Shown piece after piece: positions 20,088-30,453 of a DNA stretch of 64,000 nucleotides (the stretch's first letter is position 1; each line of letters starts with the position of its first letter). The DNA is from Synechococcus sp. GTDB taxonomy: Bacteria > Cyanobacteriota > Cyanobacteriia > PCC-6307 > Cyanobiaceae. The stretch is from NCBI GenBank assembly GCA_047284725.1, contig JBJBEO010000001.1:704001-768000 (forward strand), in the 5' to 3' direction. The notes beneath the pieces are model-generated. The model was not told the DNA's origin, did no database searches, and saw only the letters and a program-made list of their open reading frames with translations. Made by a program: the position numbers and the translations under genes.

Positions 20088-20897
20088 TTAGCGCACCAGC
20101 TGATCGTTAAGTCTGAGTTGAGGGAGTCCGCTCAGTGGCCCCCGCCAGAACAATTCCGGCTGAATCGGCGTGAGCGACGGAGCATTGGTCTCGATCTGGG
20201 CCACATCGGTGGGCCAGTCCCGAGGTCCATCCCCTCCTGATTCCAAATCCACCACCGCCTCACCCGCGAGCCAGTAGTAGGTGCGGCCTCGGGGGTCCTG
20301 GCGGGGGCTGAACTGTTCGTCGTAGCGACGAACCGACAAGCGCGTCCAACGCAGCGGCCCCATGGTGTCGGGCCTGCAGGGCGGCAGGTTGAGATTGAGC
20401 AGCAGATTCTCCGGCCAACCGTCACGCAGCGCTGATTCGGCCACATCCAGGGCCAGCTCACCGGCGCCTTCGAACTGTCGCCACTGAAAACAGGCGCTAC
20501 TCACCGCCATGGCAGGGAGTCCCTCCAAGGTTCCCTCCATCGCCGCGGCCACCGTGCCCGAGCAGAACACATCCGTGCCGAGATTGGGACCGTGATTGAT
20601 GCCCGAGAGCACCAGATCAGGTGGAGTCTCCATCAGCTCGAACAGGGCCAGCTTCATGCAATCGGCTGGAGTGCCGCTGCAGGCCCAGGCCGTCACCCCC
20701 TGGCCAAACAACTGATCCGCCCGTTCAGCCCGAATCGGTTGCTGCAGGGTGAGGCCATGGCCGGTGGCGGAGCGTTCCTGATCCGGGCAGACAACGGACA
20801 CCTGATGGCCACGAGCAGCCGCTGCCAGGGCCAAAGCTTTGATGCCATCGGCAAACACGCCGTCGTCATTGCTAATCAGGATCCGCAGCGGGGCCAT
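20088..20897 (-). CDS. surE: 5'/3'-nucleotidase SurE
   Basis: [34 protein letters not shown]. Confidence 0.96.
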   Translation of the reverse strand: MAPLRILISNDDGVFADGIKALALAAAARGHQVSVVCPDQERSATGHGLTLQQPIRAERADQLFGQGVTAWACSGTPADCMKLALFELMETPPDLVLSGINHGPNLGTDVFCSGTVAAAMEGTLEGLPAMAVSSACFQWRQFEGAGELALDVAESALRDGWPENLLLNLNLPPCRPDTMGPLRWTRLSVRRYDEQFSPRQDPRGRTYYWLAGEAVVDLESGGDGPRDWPTDVAQIETNAPSLTPIQPELFWRGPLSGLPQLRLNDQLVR

Positions 20898-20970
20898 GGC
20901 ATGCCGGAGGGGTCTGCAGGGAACCTAAGCGTCACGGCTGCCTACAGTCAGTCGCTGTGATCCCGAAGCC

Positions 20971-21978
20971 GTGAGCGCCACCGTGTCACTCCAGCAGCTC
21001 ACCGAGCAGTTGGAGGCCCTGGAAACAGAGGCTGCAGCTGAAATTGCCGCTGCGGCCGATGCTGAAGCCCTTGAACAACTTCGGGTCAGCCTGCTGGGCA
21101 AAAAAGGGCGTTTGTCTGCTGTGCTCGGAGCCATGGGCAAACTGCCTGGCAATGAGCGCCCGGTGGTGGGTCAACGCGCCAACGTGCTCAAAACCCAGGT
21201 GCAGGCCCTGATGAGTGAGCGCCTGCAGGCGGTGAAAGCGGCGGCTCTCGACGCCAAGATTGCTCGCGAAACCCTCGATGTGACGGCGGCGGCGTCCGGA
21301 GTGCCGGTCGGTCACCGTCATCCGTTGATCACCACCACCGAAGAAATCGTCGATCTTTTCTGCGGCCTGGGTTATCGGGTGGTGGAAGGGCCTGAGGTGG
21401 AAACCGACCACTACAACTTCACGGCACTCAACATCCCGCCCGATCACCCGGCACGGGACATGCAGGACACCTTCTACCTGAAGGACAACCTGCTGCTGCG
21501 AACCCACACCTCACCGGTGCAGATCCGACAGCTGGAGCAAAACCCTCCGCCGGTGCGCATCGTGGCCCCAGGCCGCGTCTATCGCCGTGATGCCGTTGAT
21601 GCCACCCATTCGCCTGTGTTCCATCAGGTGGAAGTGCTGGCGATCGATGAAGGGCTGGATTTCAGTCACCTGCGCGGCACGGTGATGGCCTTCCTCAAAG
21701 CCTTTTTCGGGGATCTGCCGGTGCGGTTCCGTGCCAGTTATTTCCCCTTCACCGAACCCTCCGCTGAGGTGGATGTGCAGTGGCGTGGCCGCTGGCTGGA
21801 GGTGATGGGTTGCGGCATGGTCGACCCGGCGGTGCTGGAGGGATTGGGTTTGGATCCTGAGCGTTACAGCGGTTTTGCGGCTGGCCTGGGTGTGGAGCGT
21901 TTCTGCATGGTGCGCCATGGCATCGATGACATTCGCCGGCTTTACACCAGCGATCTGCGTTTCCTGGAGCAGTTCTGA
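20971..21978 (+). CDS. pheS: Phenylalanine-tRNA ligase alpha subunit
   Basis: [37 protein letters not shown]. Confidence 0.98.
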   Translation: MSATVSLQQLTEQLEALETEAAAEIAAAADAEALEQLRVSLLGKKGRLSAVLGAMGKLPGNERPVVGQRANVLKTQVQALMSERLQAVKAAALDAKIARETLDVTAAASGVPVGHRHPLITTTEEIVDLFCGLGYRVVEGPEVETDHYNFTALNIPPDHPARDMQDTFYLKDNLLLRTHTSPVQIRQLEQNPPPVRIVAPGRVYRRDAVDATHSPVFHQVEVLAIDEGLDFSHLRGTVMAFLKAFFGDLPVRFRASYFPFTEPSAEVDVQWRGRWLEVMGCGMVDPAVLEGLGLDPERYSGFAAGLGVERFCMVRHGIDDIRRLYTSDLRFLEQF

Positions 21979-22058
21979 TCAGCGGTGCTCCGGCGGTGTC
22001 CTGGGCCCACCAGGCGCTGCCAAACCGGGGTTGGGGCTTCTCATAAACTGAAGCAGCA

Positions 22059-22991
22059 ATGATTCGGTCGCGATCGGTGCCCAAAGTTGGACTGATCGTC
22101 AATGACGGCAAGCCGCATGCGGTTGAGACGGCTCAGTTGATTCAGGCCCGCTTGGAGCGGGCGGGCCACGACGTGGTGAGGGCCAGCAGTGCCGGCGGCA
22201 TGGTGGGCTTCGCCAACCCTGACCAGCATCTGCGCATGCTGGGCTACAACGCCTGTGTGCCTGAGGGATTTGATTCCTCGATGGCGCTTGCCATCGTGCT
22301 GGGGGGTGACGGCACGGTGCTGTCGGCAGCGCGACAAACCTCGCCGGTGGGAGTGCCGATCCTCACGATCAACACCGGCCATCTCGGTTTTCTGGCGGAG
22401 GCCTATCTCGACAATCTTGATCAGGCTCTGGAGCAGGTTCTCACTGAGCAATGGACGATCGAAGAACGTGCCAACCTGGTGGTGAGTGTGATGCGTGGCG
22501 ATCAGCGTCGCTGGGAAGCCCTCTGTCTCAATGAGATGGCGCTGCATAGAGAACCGCTCACCAGCATGTGTCATTTCGAGATCGCCATCGGGCGCCATGC
22601 GCCGGTGGACATCTCTGCGGATGGGGTGATCCTGTCGACTCCGACGGGGTCCACGGCCTATGCCCTCAGTGCCGGCGGCCCTGTGATCACCCCCGATTGC
22701 CCCGTGCTGCAGCTCACGCCGATTGCCCCCCACTCACTGGCTTCAAGGGCTCTGGTGTTCAGCGATCAGGAGCCGGTGACCGTGTTTCCAGCTACCCCCG
22801 AGCGACTGATCATGGTGGTGGATGGCAGCGCCGGTTGTTACGTGTGGCCTGAAGATCGTGTGTTGATTCGCCGCAGTGATGACCCTGTCCGGTTTGTGCG
22901 TCTGGCTGACCATGAGTTTTTTCAGGTTCTGCGCAACAAGCTGGGATGGGGCCTGCCCCACGTGGCCAAGCCGGATGCCCCGAAAATCTGA
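22059..22991 (+). CDS. nadK: NAD(+) kinase
   Basis: [31 protein letters not shown]. Confidence 0.95.
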   Translation: MIRSRSVPKVGLIVNDGKPHAVETAQLIQARLERAGHDVVRASSAGGMVGFANPDQHLRMLGYNACVPEGFDSSMALAIVLGGDGTVLSAARQTSPVGVPILTINTGHLGFLAEAYLDNLDQALEQVLTEQWTIEERANLVVSVMRGDQRRWEALCLNEMALHREPLTSMCHFEIAIGRHAPVDISADGVILSTPTGSTAYALSAGGPVITPDCPVLQLTPIAPHSLASRALVFSDQEPVTVFPATPERLIMVVDGSAGCYVWPEDRVLIRRSDDPVRFVRLADHEFFQVLRNKLGWGLPHVAKPDAPKI

Positions 22992-22997
22992 ACTGTC

Positions 22998-23681
22998 ATG
23001 TTGACGAATGCGGCGGTTTTGCTGGTGGGTGATCAGGCTGCCGCTCTGGCGCCGCGGTTGCAGTCGTCCGGTTACGCCACCCTGGATTGGAGTGCTGGTG
23101 CGGCAGCTCTTGCCCCCGATCCACAGTCACCCCCTCAGCTGGCGGTCGTGTCGACCGATCAGGCTGGATTGATTCCTCAGCTGCGCTCCCAGTTCGGGGC
23201 CATGCCGATCCTGCTGGATGTGGAGCACGACACCGTCGAAGGCCGGGAAGCCTGCCTCACTGCCGGTGCGAATGATTTCTGGTTGTCATCGCTGGGAATC
23301 AGTGACCTTCTTCAGCGCTTGCGCTTGCATCATTTGATCCATCAGAAAAGTCAGCACCGGAACCCCGAACTTCGGGTGGCGAATCTCTGTGTGGATCCCC
23401 GTTGCCGGCAGGTGCGTCGGGGCAGCCGCCCTGTGGAGCTGACGGCGCGGGAGTATGCCCTGTTGATGCTGCTGTTCAGTCGCGTCGGGCAGGTGGTGAG
23501 CCGCGAGCAGATTCTGGCGGATGTCTGGACTGGCGATCAGGCCACCTCCAGCAATGTGATTGAGGTCTACGTGCGTTACTTGCGGCAGAAGCTTGAGCAG
23601 GACGGAGAACCGCGCCTGATCCACACGATCCGCGGCCGCGGCTACAGCCTCAGCGACGGTCTTCCAGGAGGATTGCGCTGA
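22998..23681 (+). CDS. OmpR-family response regulator with degenerate receiver (NblR-like)
   Basis: wHTH motifs LTAREY, SNVIEVYVRYLRQKL, IHTIRGRGY; receiver lacks the canonical DD, D and KP. Confidence 0.8.
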   Translation: MLTNAAVLLVGDQAAALAPRLQSSGYATLDWSAGAAALAPDPQSPPQLAVVSTDQAGLIPQLRSQFGAMPILLDVEHDTVEGREACLTAGANDFWLSSLGISDLLQRLRLHHLIHQKSQHRNPELRVANLCVDPRCRQVRRGSRPVELTAREYALLMLLFSRVGQVVSREQILADVWTGDQATSSNVIEVYVRYLRQKLEQDGEPRLIHTIRGRGYSLSDGLPGGLR

Positions 23682-24199
23682 TGGTGCGCTGGCGGCGCGG
23701 GGGCAGACGCCGTTCTTGGTGGGTGCTGCTTGGTGGTTTCTCGACCTTGCTGGCGTCTGGCCCCCTGGCAGCGGCTCCGAACGGAGTTCCGCCTCAGTTG
23801 TTACCGATTGAAGCCCGCTGGTGCATCCGCAAGACGGTGTGCATTGATCTGGAGGTGGCGGATGAGCCTGAGGAGCAGCGTCTCGGGCTGATGCAGCGGC
23901 CGGTTTTGCCCCCCATGCGGGGCATGTGGTTCCCCTTCGCGCGACCTCAGCCGTTGACGTTCTGGATGCATCGCTGCCTTGCCCCGCTTGACATGCTGTT
24001 TATCCGGGATCGGAAGTTGATTGCCATCCACGCGGATGTGCCGATCTGTCCGTCATTGCCATGTCCCAGTTATGGGGCCGATCCTGATGGAGACGGTCGG
24101 ATCGACCTGGCCGATGGTGTGATTGAACTCCGGGCTGGCGAGGCCATGCGCCTGGGATTGCAGGTGGGGGATGTGGTGACGATTGAGCCCACCTCTTAG
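23681..24199 (+). CDS. DUF192 family protein
   Basis: LEVA...RLGLM.R...GMWF...FWM...PLDMLF...VIEL.AG. Confidence 0.88.
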   Translation: MVRWRRGGRRRSWWVLLGGFSTLLASGPLAAAPNGVPPQLLPIEARWCIRKTVCIDLEVADEPEEQRLGLMQRPVLPPMRGMWFPFARPQPLTFWMHRCLAPLDMLFIRDRKLIAIHADVPICPSLPCPSYGADPDGDGRIDLADGVIELRAGEAMRLGLQVGDVVTIEPTS

Positions 24200-24202
24200 T
24201 GC

Positions 24203-26398
24203 TTAGTGCTGATCAAATTGGTACCAGGCTTCAAGCAACTGATAGGCCGCCTGAAGGTGCATCCAGACCTGTGGATCACCGCCTTGGTCAGGATGCCATC
24301 GTTTGACATTGCGTCGCCAGGTTTCTCTCACCACAGGCCAGGGGCTGCCAGGGGGAATGGCAAGGGCCTGGCAGGCCAGGTGGTATTGCTGACCCTGCTG
24401 ACGTCCTGGCTGGGTGGTCTCAGGCCACAGTGAGAGGTCAGAGCCCTGTCGCAGGGTCTTGAGGTTGGCGTTGGTCTTCTCCAGGCTGGTGCGCAGGCTG
24501 TCAATGCTGCGCTGGCACTGTCGTTGAAAGGTGTCGAGCTTGTGTTGGCTAGAGGCGAGCTGCTGGTTGATCGCCTTGGCGTTGCCCTCCAGTTTCGCCA
24601 GTGAGGCGTTGGTGCGTTGCGTCTGGGCTTGGCGTTGATCGTTGTGCTGGCTGAACTGGTCTGCCGCCTCCTTCAGCTGCCGTTGCAGGCCAGTCAAGGT
24701 CCGTTGTTGATCGTTGAGACCGGTTTTGGACTGCTGAGCCATGGTCTGAACGTCACGATCGAGCTTGTTCACTTCGGCGTTGCAGTTGGCCGTTGTCTGA
24801 TCACACAGCGCTTCCGCGCCGGTCATGACCTGCGTGAGATCCCGTTGGAACTGCTCGAGATCCAAGGCGATGACCTGAGCGGCATCTCGATCGGTGTTCG
24901 CGATCGTCACTGCTTTCGCCGAGTGCTCCGTGAAATTGGCTTGCAACTGGTTGAAGCGCAGGGTGGCACCTTCGATCTCGCTTTGGAGCCGGTCAACCTT
25001 TTGGGATAGATCGTTGGCAGTCTGCTGCCGCAGAGCATCGTGGGCTGCAATCGCTTGGGCATGGTCGCTGTTGCCTTGTTTGATGCGTTGTGCCAACACC
25101 TCGAGATGGTGTTGCTGATCGAGCTCTGCCTGTTGCAGTTGGCTCTGCAGCTCCTGGAGCCGTGCCTCGGCCCGCTCGGCGTCGATGAGGAGCTGGTGTT
25201 GCGAGGCCTGGGCCTTCTGCAGCGCATGCAGGTGGTCCTGTTGTTGTTGCTGCTGCGTGGTTTGCAGGCGTTCCAGCTCTTGGTCGAGCTGACGTTCCAG
25301 CTGCTGCAGAAGTTCTGTTTTGAGGGCGGATAACTGCTGGTGCTGATCCTTGGGCAGGGAGGCCTGCTGGCTGAGCAGGCTGTTGGTGGCGTGTTGAAGC
25401 TGTCTGGCTTGGTCTTGCAGCCGGGTGATCTCCCCATGGCTCTGCAGCATGTGGCGCTCAAGGGGCGAGGGCCTCGTCTCCCCATCGGCGTCGAGGCGAC
25501 GCTCTTCCAGCTCCTCGCGGAGAGTTGACTGGAGACTGTCGGCGGTCTGCTGCAGGGCCTCAGCAGCAGCCGGTGAACTGGCGCTGATCGCTTCGAGGGC
25601 TTGCTGCAGCTCCGCCTGCTTCTGTTGGTGTTGGTTGATGCTTTGTTTCAGCTCGCCAAGGCTCGCCTGTTGTTGTTGCGCCTGGTGCTGCCTTTGTTGC
25701 TGGGCTTGTCGCTGCTGCTCCAGCAAGACCTTGAGGTTTTTCTGGGCGGCTGCAAGCTGATCGACCTTGCTCTGCTGTTGGCGTTTCTGCTCCAGCCGGA
25801 GGTGGTTCGCCGTCTTGCGGGCATCGTCCTGCAGCGCTTGGAGTCGCTGGTGGATCTGGGCGCTGTGCTTCAGGGTCGTGGCTTCAAGCTGCTGATGGTC
25901 AGCCAATGCCTTCGCCAGGGCTTGCCTGAAATGTTCAAGCCCGTCGCCGTCGGCATTGAATGCCTCGGGTTGTTGGCTTTGTTGTTGTTGCAGGGCGTTG
26001 ATCTGCTGGATCAGCGTGTTGTTCTCGAGTTGACCACTGCTTAATTCGCTGTGGGCTCGTTCAAGAATCTCCGCTGTTTTTGCCTGCAACTGTGCGATTT
26101 TGCTCTGGCTTTGACGAACACTCTCATCGGAAGCAGTGAACGTTGCTCTCTGACTGACGACCCTGTTGTTGCGCTGCGTTTCTGGGCTTGTTTGCAGCAG
26201 CTTGGCGCCGATGCCGAAGAAGACAACAGGTGAGAGAAGGGCGAGGTAGGAGTCATTACGCAGTTGTTCATTGCCTTCGCGTTCCGCCTTATGCGCGTTG
26301 AAGACAATCACCACCAGCAGGATCAAGCCTGTGCCCAGGCTGAAAAGGGCAATTTTTCGCCTGCCATCAAGGCTGGGTTGGGGCTGCGGCGTGTCCAT
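24203..26398 (-). CDS. Membrane-anchored coiled-coil protein with C-terminal DnaJ (J) domain
   Basis: Two N-terminal hydrophobic segments, about 590 aa Gln/Leu-rich heptad region, C-terminal WRRNVKRWHPDQGGDP...AYQLL. Confidence 0.75.
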   Translation of the reverse strand: MDTPQPQPSLDGRRKIALFSLGTGLILLVVIVFNAHKAEREGNEQLRNDSYLALLSPVVFFGIGAKLLQTSPETQRNNRVVSQRATFTASDESVRQSQSKIAQLQAKTAEILERAHSELSSGQLENNTLIQQINALQQQQSQQPEAFNADGDGLEHFRQALAKALADHQQLEATTLKHSAQIHQRLQALQDDARKTANHLRLEQKRQQQSKVDQLAAAQKNLKVLLEQQRQAQQQRQHQAQQQQASLGELKQSINQHQQKQAELQQALEAISASSPAAAEALQQTADSLQSTLREELEERRLDADGETRPSPLERHMLQSHGEITRLQDQARQLQHATNSLLSQQASLPKDQHQQLSALKTELLQQLERQLDQELERLQTTQQQQQQDHLHALQKAQASQHQLLIDAERAEARLQELQSQLQQAELDQQHHLEVLAQRIKQGNSDHAQAIAAHDALRQQTANDLSQKVDRLQSEIEGATLRFNQLQANFTEHSAKAVTIANTDRDAAQVIALDLEQFQRDLTQVMTGAEALCDQTTANCNAEVNKLDRDVQTMAQQSKTGLNDQQRTLTGLQRQLKEAADQFSQHNDQRQAQTQRTNASLAKLEGNAKAINQQLASSQHKLDTFQRQCQRSIDSLRTSLEKTNANLKTLRQGSDLSLWPETTQPGRQQGQQYHLACQALAIPPGSPWPVVRETWRRNVKRWHPDQGGDPQVWMHLQAAYQLLEAWYQFDQH

Positions 26399-26513
26399 GG
26401 CCTGCAGGGGGTGGGAGTTGCCAGACCTTAGAAGTTGAGAAGCCGCTGAGTTGATATGTGTCGTTGTGCTGCGCCATCAGCGACCGAGAGGCCGCAGTTC
26501 GCTGAAGAGTCAG

Positions 26514-26639
26514 TCAGCTGAAAAATCCCTTGGATTGGAGAAACAGACCGATGGCGAGCAGGGGCCCAAAGCCTGCAATCAACAGGGTGATTTTGAGGCG
26601 CAGGGGAGACACCTGTTGTTCACTCTGTTTGAGGGGCAT
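26514..26639 (-). CDS. Small membrane protein (41 aa), not in the ORF track
   Basis: Manual translation: MPLKQSEQQVSPLRLKITLLIAGFGPLLAIGLFLQSKGFFS*; ATG 7 nt after the cbiET stop, same strand. Confidence 0.65.
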   Translation of the reverse strand: MPLKQSEQQVSPLRLKITLLIAGFGPLLAIGLFLQSKGFFS

Positions 26640-26645
26640 CGCGAC

Positions 26646-27980
26646 TTAAGACAAGGGTTTGTCTGAGTCTGACGGGTCGTTGTCGGATGCGGTGCCCTTC
26701 AACAGCAGCACCGGATTCATCGGTGCAAGGCGGGTGCCATCGCTGAGGGGTTGTCCTCGCCAGGCCTGGTGCTGGCTGACCTGCACCTTCAGCCCCGCCT
26801 GCTCCAGCAATGGACGAAGTTCGGACAAGGCTTCAACGGTGGCCAAGGGAATCACCACCACCCCTCCGGGGTTGAGCCGTTGCAGCACTGCATTGAGCAG
26901 GGCAGCGCGCTGTTTGCCGCCACCACCGATCAGCACCCGGTCGGCCCGCGCAAGAGCGGCTGGAAAGGAATGGTCATCCGTTGGATAGTCATCGGTTGGA
27001 TGGGCATTGGCCTCAAGCAGCCTGAGCACATCGCCCTCCAGCACGGCGGCAGGTTGCACCCCCAGGCGTTGAGCATTGGCTGCGATCAAGCGGGCACCTC
27101 CCCCCCGCTTTTCAACCGCGAGCAGTTGCAGTTCTGGTCTCAGGCGCAGGGCTTCCAGCCCAACGCTGCCGGTGCCGGCCCCCAGATCCCATAAAACGCC
27201 ACGGGCCGGCAGGTTCAGTTCGGCCAGGAGCTGGATGCGCATCTCCCGTTTGGTCATCAGGCCGGGCCGGTCGTCGTGTTGCAGAAAGAGGCCATCGTCG
27301 AGGCCAAACAGGGGCAAAGCGGCGGGTGTGGGATCAGGCGCGGGTTGCTCCAGCAGCACCACCAAATGCAGGGCGTTGAGATCGCTTGGCGTGGGGTCAG
27401 TGGGTTGCAGTTGCTGCACCCGCTCATCCGTGTGGCCGAGGGCTTCGCAAAGCCATAGGGCGTAGGCGGCTTCCAATCCGCTGGAGCGCAGGATCTGACG
27501 CACCTCATCCACCCCTCCCCGGCTGGGGTCGGTGAGCACCGCCAGCGATCGGGGGCGTTTCTGCAGGCAGCGGTGAAGGATGAGGGGGTCGCGGCCGTGC
27601 AGGCTGATCCACTCAGCGTTCTGCCAGGGCTGGCCCAGGCGTGCGAAGGCCAGCTGTAGGGAACTGGGCCCTGGATGGAAGCGCAGGTTGCTGCGACCGA
27701 CGCGTTCGATCAGGATCCTGCCGATGCCAAACCACAGCGGATCACCGCTGGCCAAGACCACTGCTGGCTGATCGGGCTCCAGTGCCAGCAGTGCCTCGCT
27801 GAGGGCAATCGGGTCGTCGCTGGCGATCAGGCGCAGATTGGCTGGGACTCCAGGCCACTGCTGCAGCGCACTGAGCATCCGTTTGGGTGCAGCCACAAGC
27901 TGGGCCTGCTGCACCAGCAGCTGACCCGATGGTGGAAGCGTGCCAGGGGCGCCAGCGTCGGTGCCGATCACGTCGATCAT
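26646..27980 (-). CDS. cbiE: Precorrin-6Y C5,15-methyltransferase (decarboxylating), fused CbiE/CbiT
   Basis: LASGDPLWFGIG, PGPSSLQLAFARLG, SLHGR, MTKREMR, WDLGAGTGSVG. Confidence 0.93.
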   Translation of the reverse strand: MIDVIGTDAGAPGTLPPSGQLLVQQAQLVAAPKRMLSALQQWPGVPANLRLIASDDPIALSEALLALEPDQPAVVLASGDPLWFGIGRILIERVGRSNLRFHPGPSSLQLAFARLGQPWQNAEWISLHGRDPLILHRCLQKRPRSLAVLTDPSRGGVDEVRQILRSSGLEAAYALWLCEALGHTDERVQQLQPTDPTPSDLNALHLVVLLEQPAPDPTPAALPLFGLDDGLFLQHDDRPGLMTKREMRIQLLAELNLPARGVLWDLGAGTGSVGLEALRLRPELQLLAVEKRGGGARLIAANAQRLGVQPAAVLEGDVLRLLEANAHPTDDYPTDDHSFPAALARADRVLIGGGGKQRAALLNAVLQRLNPGGVVVIPLATVEALSELRPLLEQAGLKVQVSQHQAWRGQPLSDGTRLAPMNPVLLLKGTASDNDPSDSDKPLS

Positions 27981-28106
27981 CAGGCCATTGTGCTGGCCTG
28001 GCGATCCAAGGCATTGCTGCCTTGGATGATCCCGATGGTGCGAAGTCCGGCTGAACATCGTCCTGTCGCCTGACGGCTCAGATCGTCGTGGCTAAGACCT
28101 CGATAC

Positions 28107-29234
28107 ATGCTTGTTTCGGCCATGACTGCGCCTCGTCGTTCGTTGCGTCATGTCTTTGTGCTGTTGGCGTCTGCCCTTGGAGCAGGGGGACTCTTGGCTT
28201 CCGCATCGCCCATGGCGATGGCCCAAGCCTCAGGAGCTGCATGCCCGAAGCCTGGTGTGGTGCAAACAGCAACATCGGTGACTCCGATCATCAAGGCGAA
28301 TTACGCGAGTGCTGAAACGGAAGTGATCCTTGCTGATTATGTGCGCAAGATTGCCAAGGGAACGTGCAGTGAGGGGGTCGGCGTCTTCCTGCACCAGCGC
28401 GCAGCGATGGATCCCAACGAGCGCACGATTCTGCGCCCCAATTTCGACACGCTGTACTCCTTTGCGGTTCTCGACCTCGAGAGTCCCGCCACAGTGGTTC
28501 TTCCTGAGACGGATCGCTACCAGATCCTCGAAGTGATCGATGAAGACCACTGGATTCCCTTGATCAGCGACAAACCAGGTCGTTACACCCTCACCAAGGA
28601 GTCGGTGGGCAGTCGCTACGCCTTTGCCTTTGTGCGCACCCAGGTGAATGTGCAGGATCCCGCTGACGTGAAAGCTGCAGGGGCTGTGCAGGATCAGATC
28701 CTGCTGAAGCAAGCCGAAAAGGGCAGCTTTGTGTCACCCAATCGCTATGAGATGCAGGAAATTCTCGATTTGCGTGCTGATTACAACGCGCGCCGGGAGC
28801 CTGAAGGTGTGACGTCAGAAATGGCCTTTGGCAAGAAAGGCGAACTCAGTGAGGAATTGCGCAATTTTGGCGTTGCTGTGGGCTGGGGTGGCCTGCCCAA
28901 GCAGGGAGCCGTTTATCCCTTCCCCAAGGTGGTGAACTCCACCGAGCCTCAGGTGTTGGTGCTGAAAGATGTGCCCATTGACCCTCGAGCGTTCTGGTCG
29001 GTGACGGTCTACGACAAGGAAGGGTTTGCTGTTGGTACGAGCTACAACGTCAACAGTGCTTTTGCGAAAGCGAATGATCAAGGTGAGTATGTAATTCACC
29101 TGGGTGGTGATCCAAGTCAAGACAATTACATGGATATCTACCCTGGGTGGAATGCTGCGGTGCGCATTTATTCACCGACTGAGGCCTATTTCAATGGCAG
29201 TTGGACTCCCCCTCAGTTTGAGTCTGCACAGTGA
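28107..29234 (+). CDS. Secreted DUF1254/DUF1214 protein (short type, copy 1)
   Basis: Signal peptide; RPNFDTLYS, VGWGGLP, FWSVTVYD, GWNAAVRIYSP. Confidence 0.82.
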   Translation: MLVSAMTAPRRSLRHVFVLLASALGAGGLLASASPMAMAQASGAACPKPGVVQTATSVTPIIKANYASAETEVILADYVRKIAKGTCSEGVGVFLHQRAAMDPNERTILRPNFDTLYSFAVLDLESPATVVLPETDRYQILEVIDEDHWIPLISDKPGRYTLTKESVGSRYAFAFVRTQVNVQDPADVKAAGAVQDQILLKQAEKGSFVSPNRYEMQEILDLRADYNARREPEGVTSEMAFGKKGELSEELRNFGVAVGWGGLPKQGAVYPFPKVVNSTEPQVLVLKDVPIDPRAFWSVTVYDKEGFAVGTSYNVNSAFAKANDQGEYVIHLGGDPSQDNYMDIYPGWNAAVRIYSPTEAYFNGSWTPPQFESAQ

Positions 29235-29316
29235 GCTTGGGCTGGGCCTGCGGAATGCGGGCCCTTCGCATGAATGGCCTTGATTGTTCTGTGTTGTTTG
29301 TCTGCTTAATGAGCTG

Positions 29317-30453
29317 ATGTTGCGTTCTTCGTTCTCTGCTGCTGCAAAAACATGCATGGCTGGTGGTTTGGCAGCCATAGGCTTTTTGCCATTGACTGTG
29401 CTCTCAGCCCCCTCAGCCCCCTCAGCCCCCTCAGCCCCCTCAGCCCCCTCAGCCCTGGCGACGGAATGCCCCAAGCCTGCGGTGGTGATTGAAAGTGATG
29501 CGGTCGTGCCGGTCACCAAGGCCAACTTTGCGGCTGCAGAAATGCAGACGGTGTTTGCCAAGTATGTCGCCAAAGTCGCGGCTGAAACCTGTACCGAGGG
29601 CATGGGCGTCATCTGGAATGATGGACAAACGGCGGACCCCAAAGACCGCACGGTGATTCGTATCAACTTCGACACTCTGTATTCCTGGTTGATTCTCGAT
29701 CTCACGACACCAGCGACATTCACACTTCCAGAAACCAATGGCCGCTATCAGAGTGCCATGGTGGTGAATGGTGAGGGGTATGTGTATGTGGAGAAGGAGC
29801 CTGGTGAGTACACCCTGACCCAAGATGAGGTTGGGAGCCGGACTGCTCTGGTGGCATTCCGTACCGGTGTCAATATTCAGGATCCAGATGATGTTGCCAA
29901 GGCACAGGCTCTGCAGGCCAAGTTGTCGGTGATGCAGGCAAAGACGGGTGAGTTTGTGCAAGCCAACCAATGGAACTTGGAGCAGACGCTGGCGCTCCGT
30001 GCTGATTACAACCAGGAGCGGAATGAGAAGGGTGTGAAGTCGGAATCACTCTTTGGTCGACCCGACAAAATTACCCCAGAGCAAAACAACATGGGCGTTG
30101 CTGTTGGGATTGGTGGCTTACCCAAGGAGGGTGCTGTGTATCTCTTCTATACACCCACCGCAACGGAACCTCAGACACTCACATTGAAAGATGTGCCCAA
30201 TGGTGATAATGCTTTCTGGTCGTTGACGGTCTACGACAAGGATGGCTTCCCCAGCGGAGATGCATTCAATCTCAACAGCGCTTTTGCCAAAAAGAATGCA
30301 AACGGTGAAGTGGTGATCAATTTGGGTGGCGAAGCCGGCCAGGAGAACCATCTCGATATTTACCCAGGCTGGAATGCCACGTTGAGGATTTATAACCCTA
30401 AGCCTGCCTACTTTGATGGCTCATGGGTGCGGCCTGAGCTTCAGTTGAACTAA
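29317..30453 (+). CDS. Secreted DUF1254/DUF1214 protein (short type, copy 2)
   Basis: RINFDTLYS, VGIGGLP, FWSLTVYD, GWNATLRIYNP; paralogue of the upstream gene. Confidence 0.82.
   Translation: MLRSSFSAAAKTCMAGGLAAIGFLPLTVLSAPSAPSAPSAPSAPSALATECPKPAVVIESDAVVPVTKANFAAAEMQTVFAKYVAKVAAETCTEGMGVIWNDGQTADPKDRTVIRINFDTLYSWLILDLTTPATFTLPETNGRYQSAMVVNGEGYVYVEKEPGEYTLTQDEVGSRTALVAFRTGVNIQDPDDVAKAQALQAKLSVMQAKTGEFVQANQWNLEQTLALRADYNQERNEKGVKSESLFGRPDKITPEQNNMGVAVGIGGLPKEGAVYLFYTPTATEPQTLTLKDVPNGDNAFWSLTVYDKDGFPSGDAFNLNSAFAKKNANGEVVINLGGEAGQENHLDIYPGWNATLRIYNPKPAYFDGSWVRPELQLN
29403..29455 (+). repeat. 9-bp tandem repeat (CTCAGCCCC) x about 5.9, in frame
   Basis: Five perfect units plus 8/9 of a sixth; encodes (SAP)n. 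Confidence 0.95.

Noticed and set aside
26451..26666. 71-aa + strand ORF
   Set aside because: Reads as the antisense shadow of the 41-aa membrane ORF on the minus strand
27981..28106. Possible cobalamin riboswitch or island attachment site at the cbiET boundary
   Set aside because: No B12-box, tRNA fragment or direct repeat matching the other island end was found by eye
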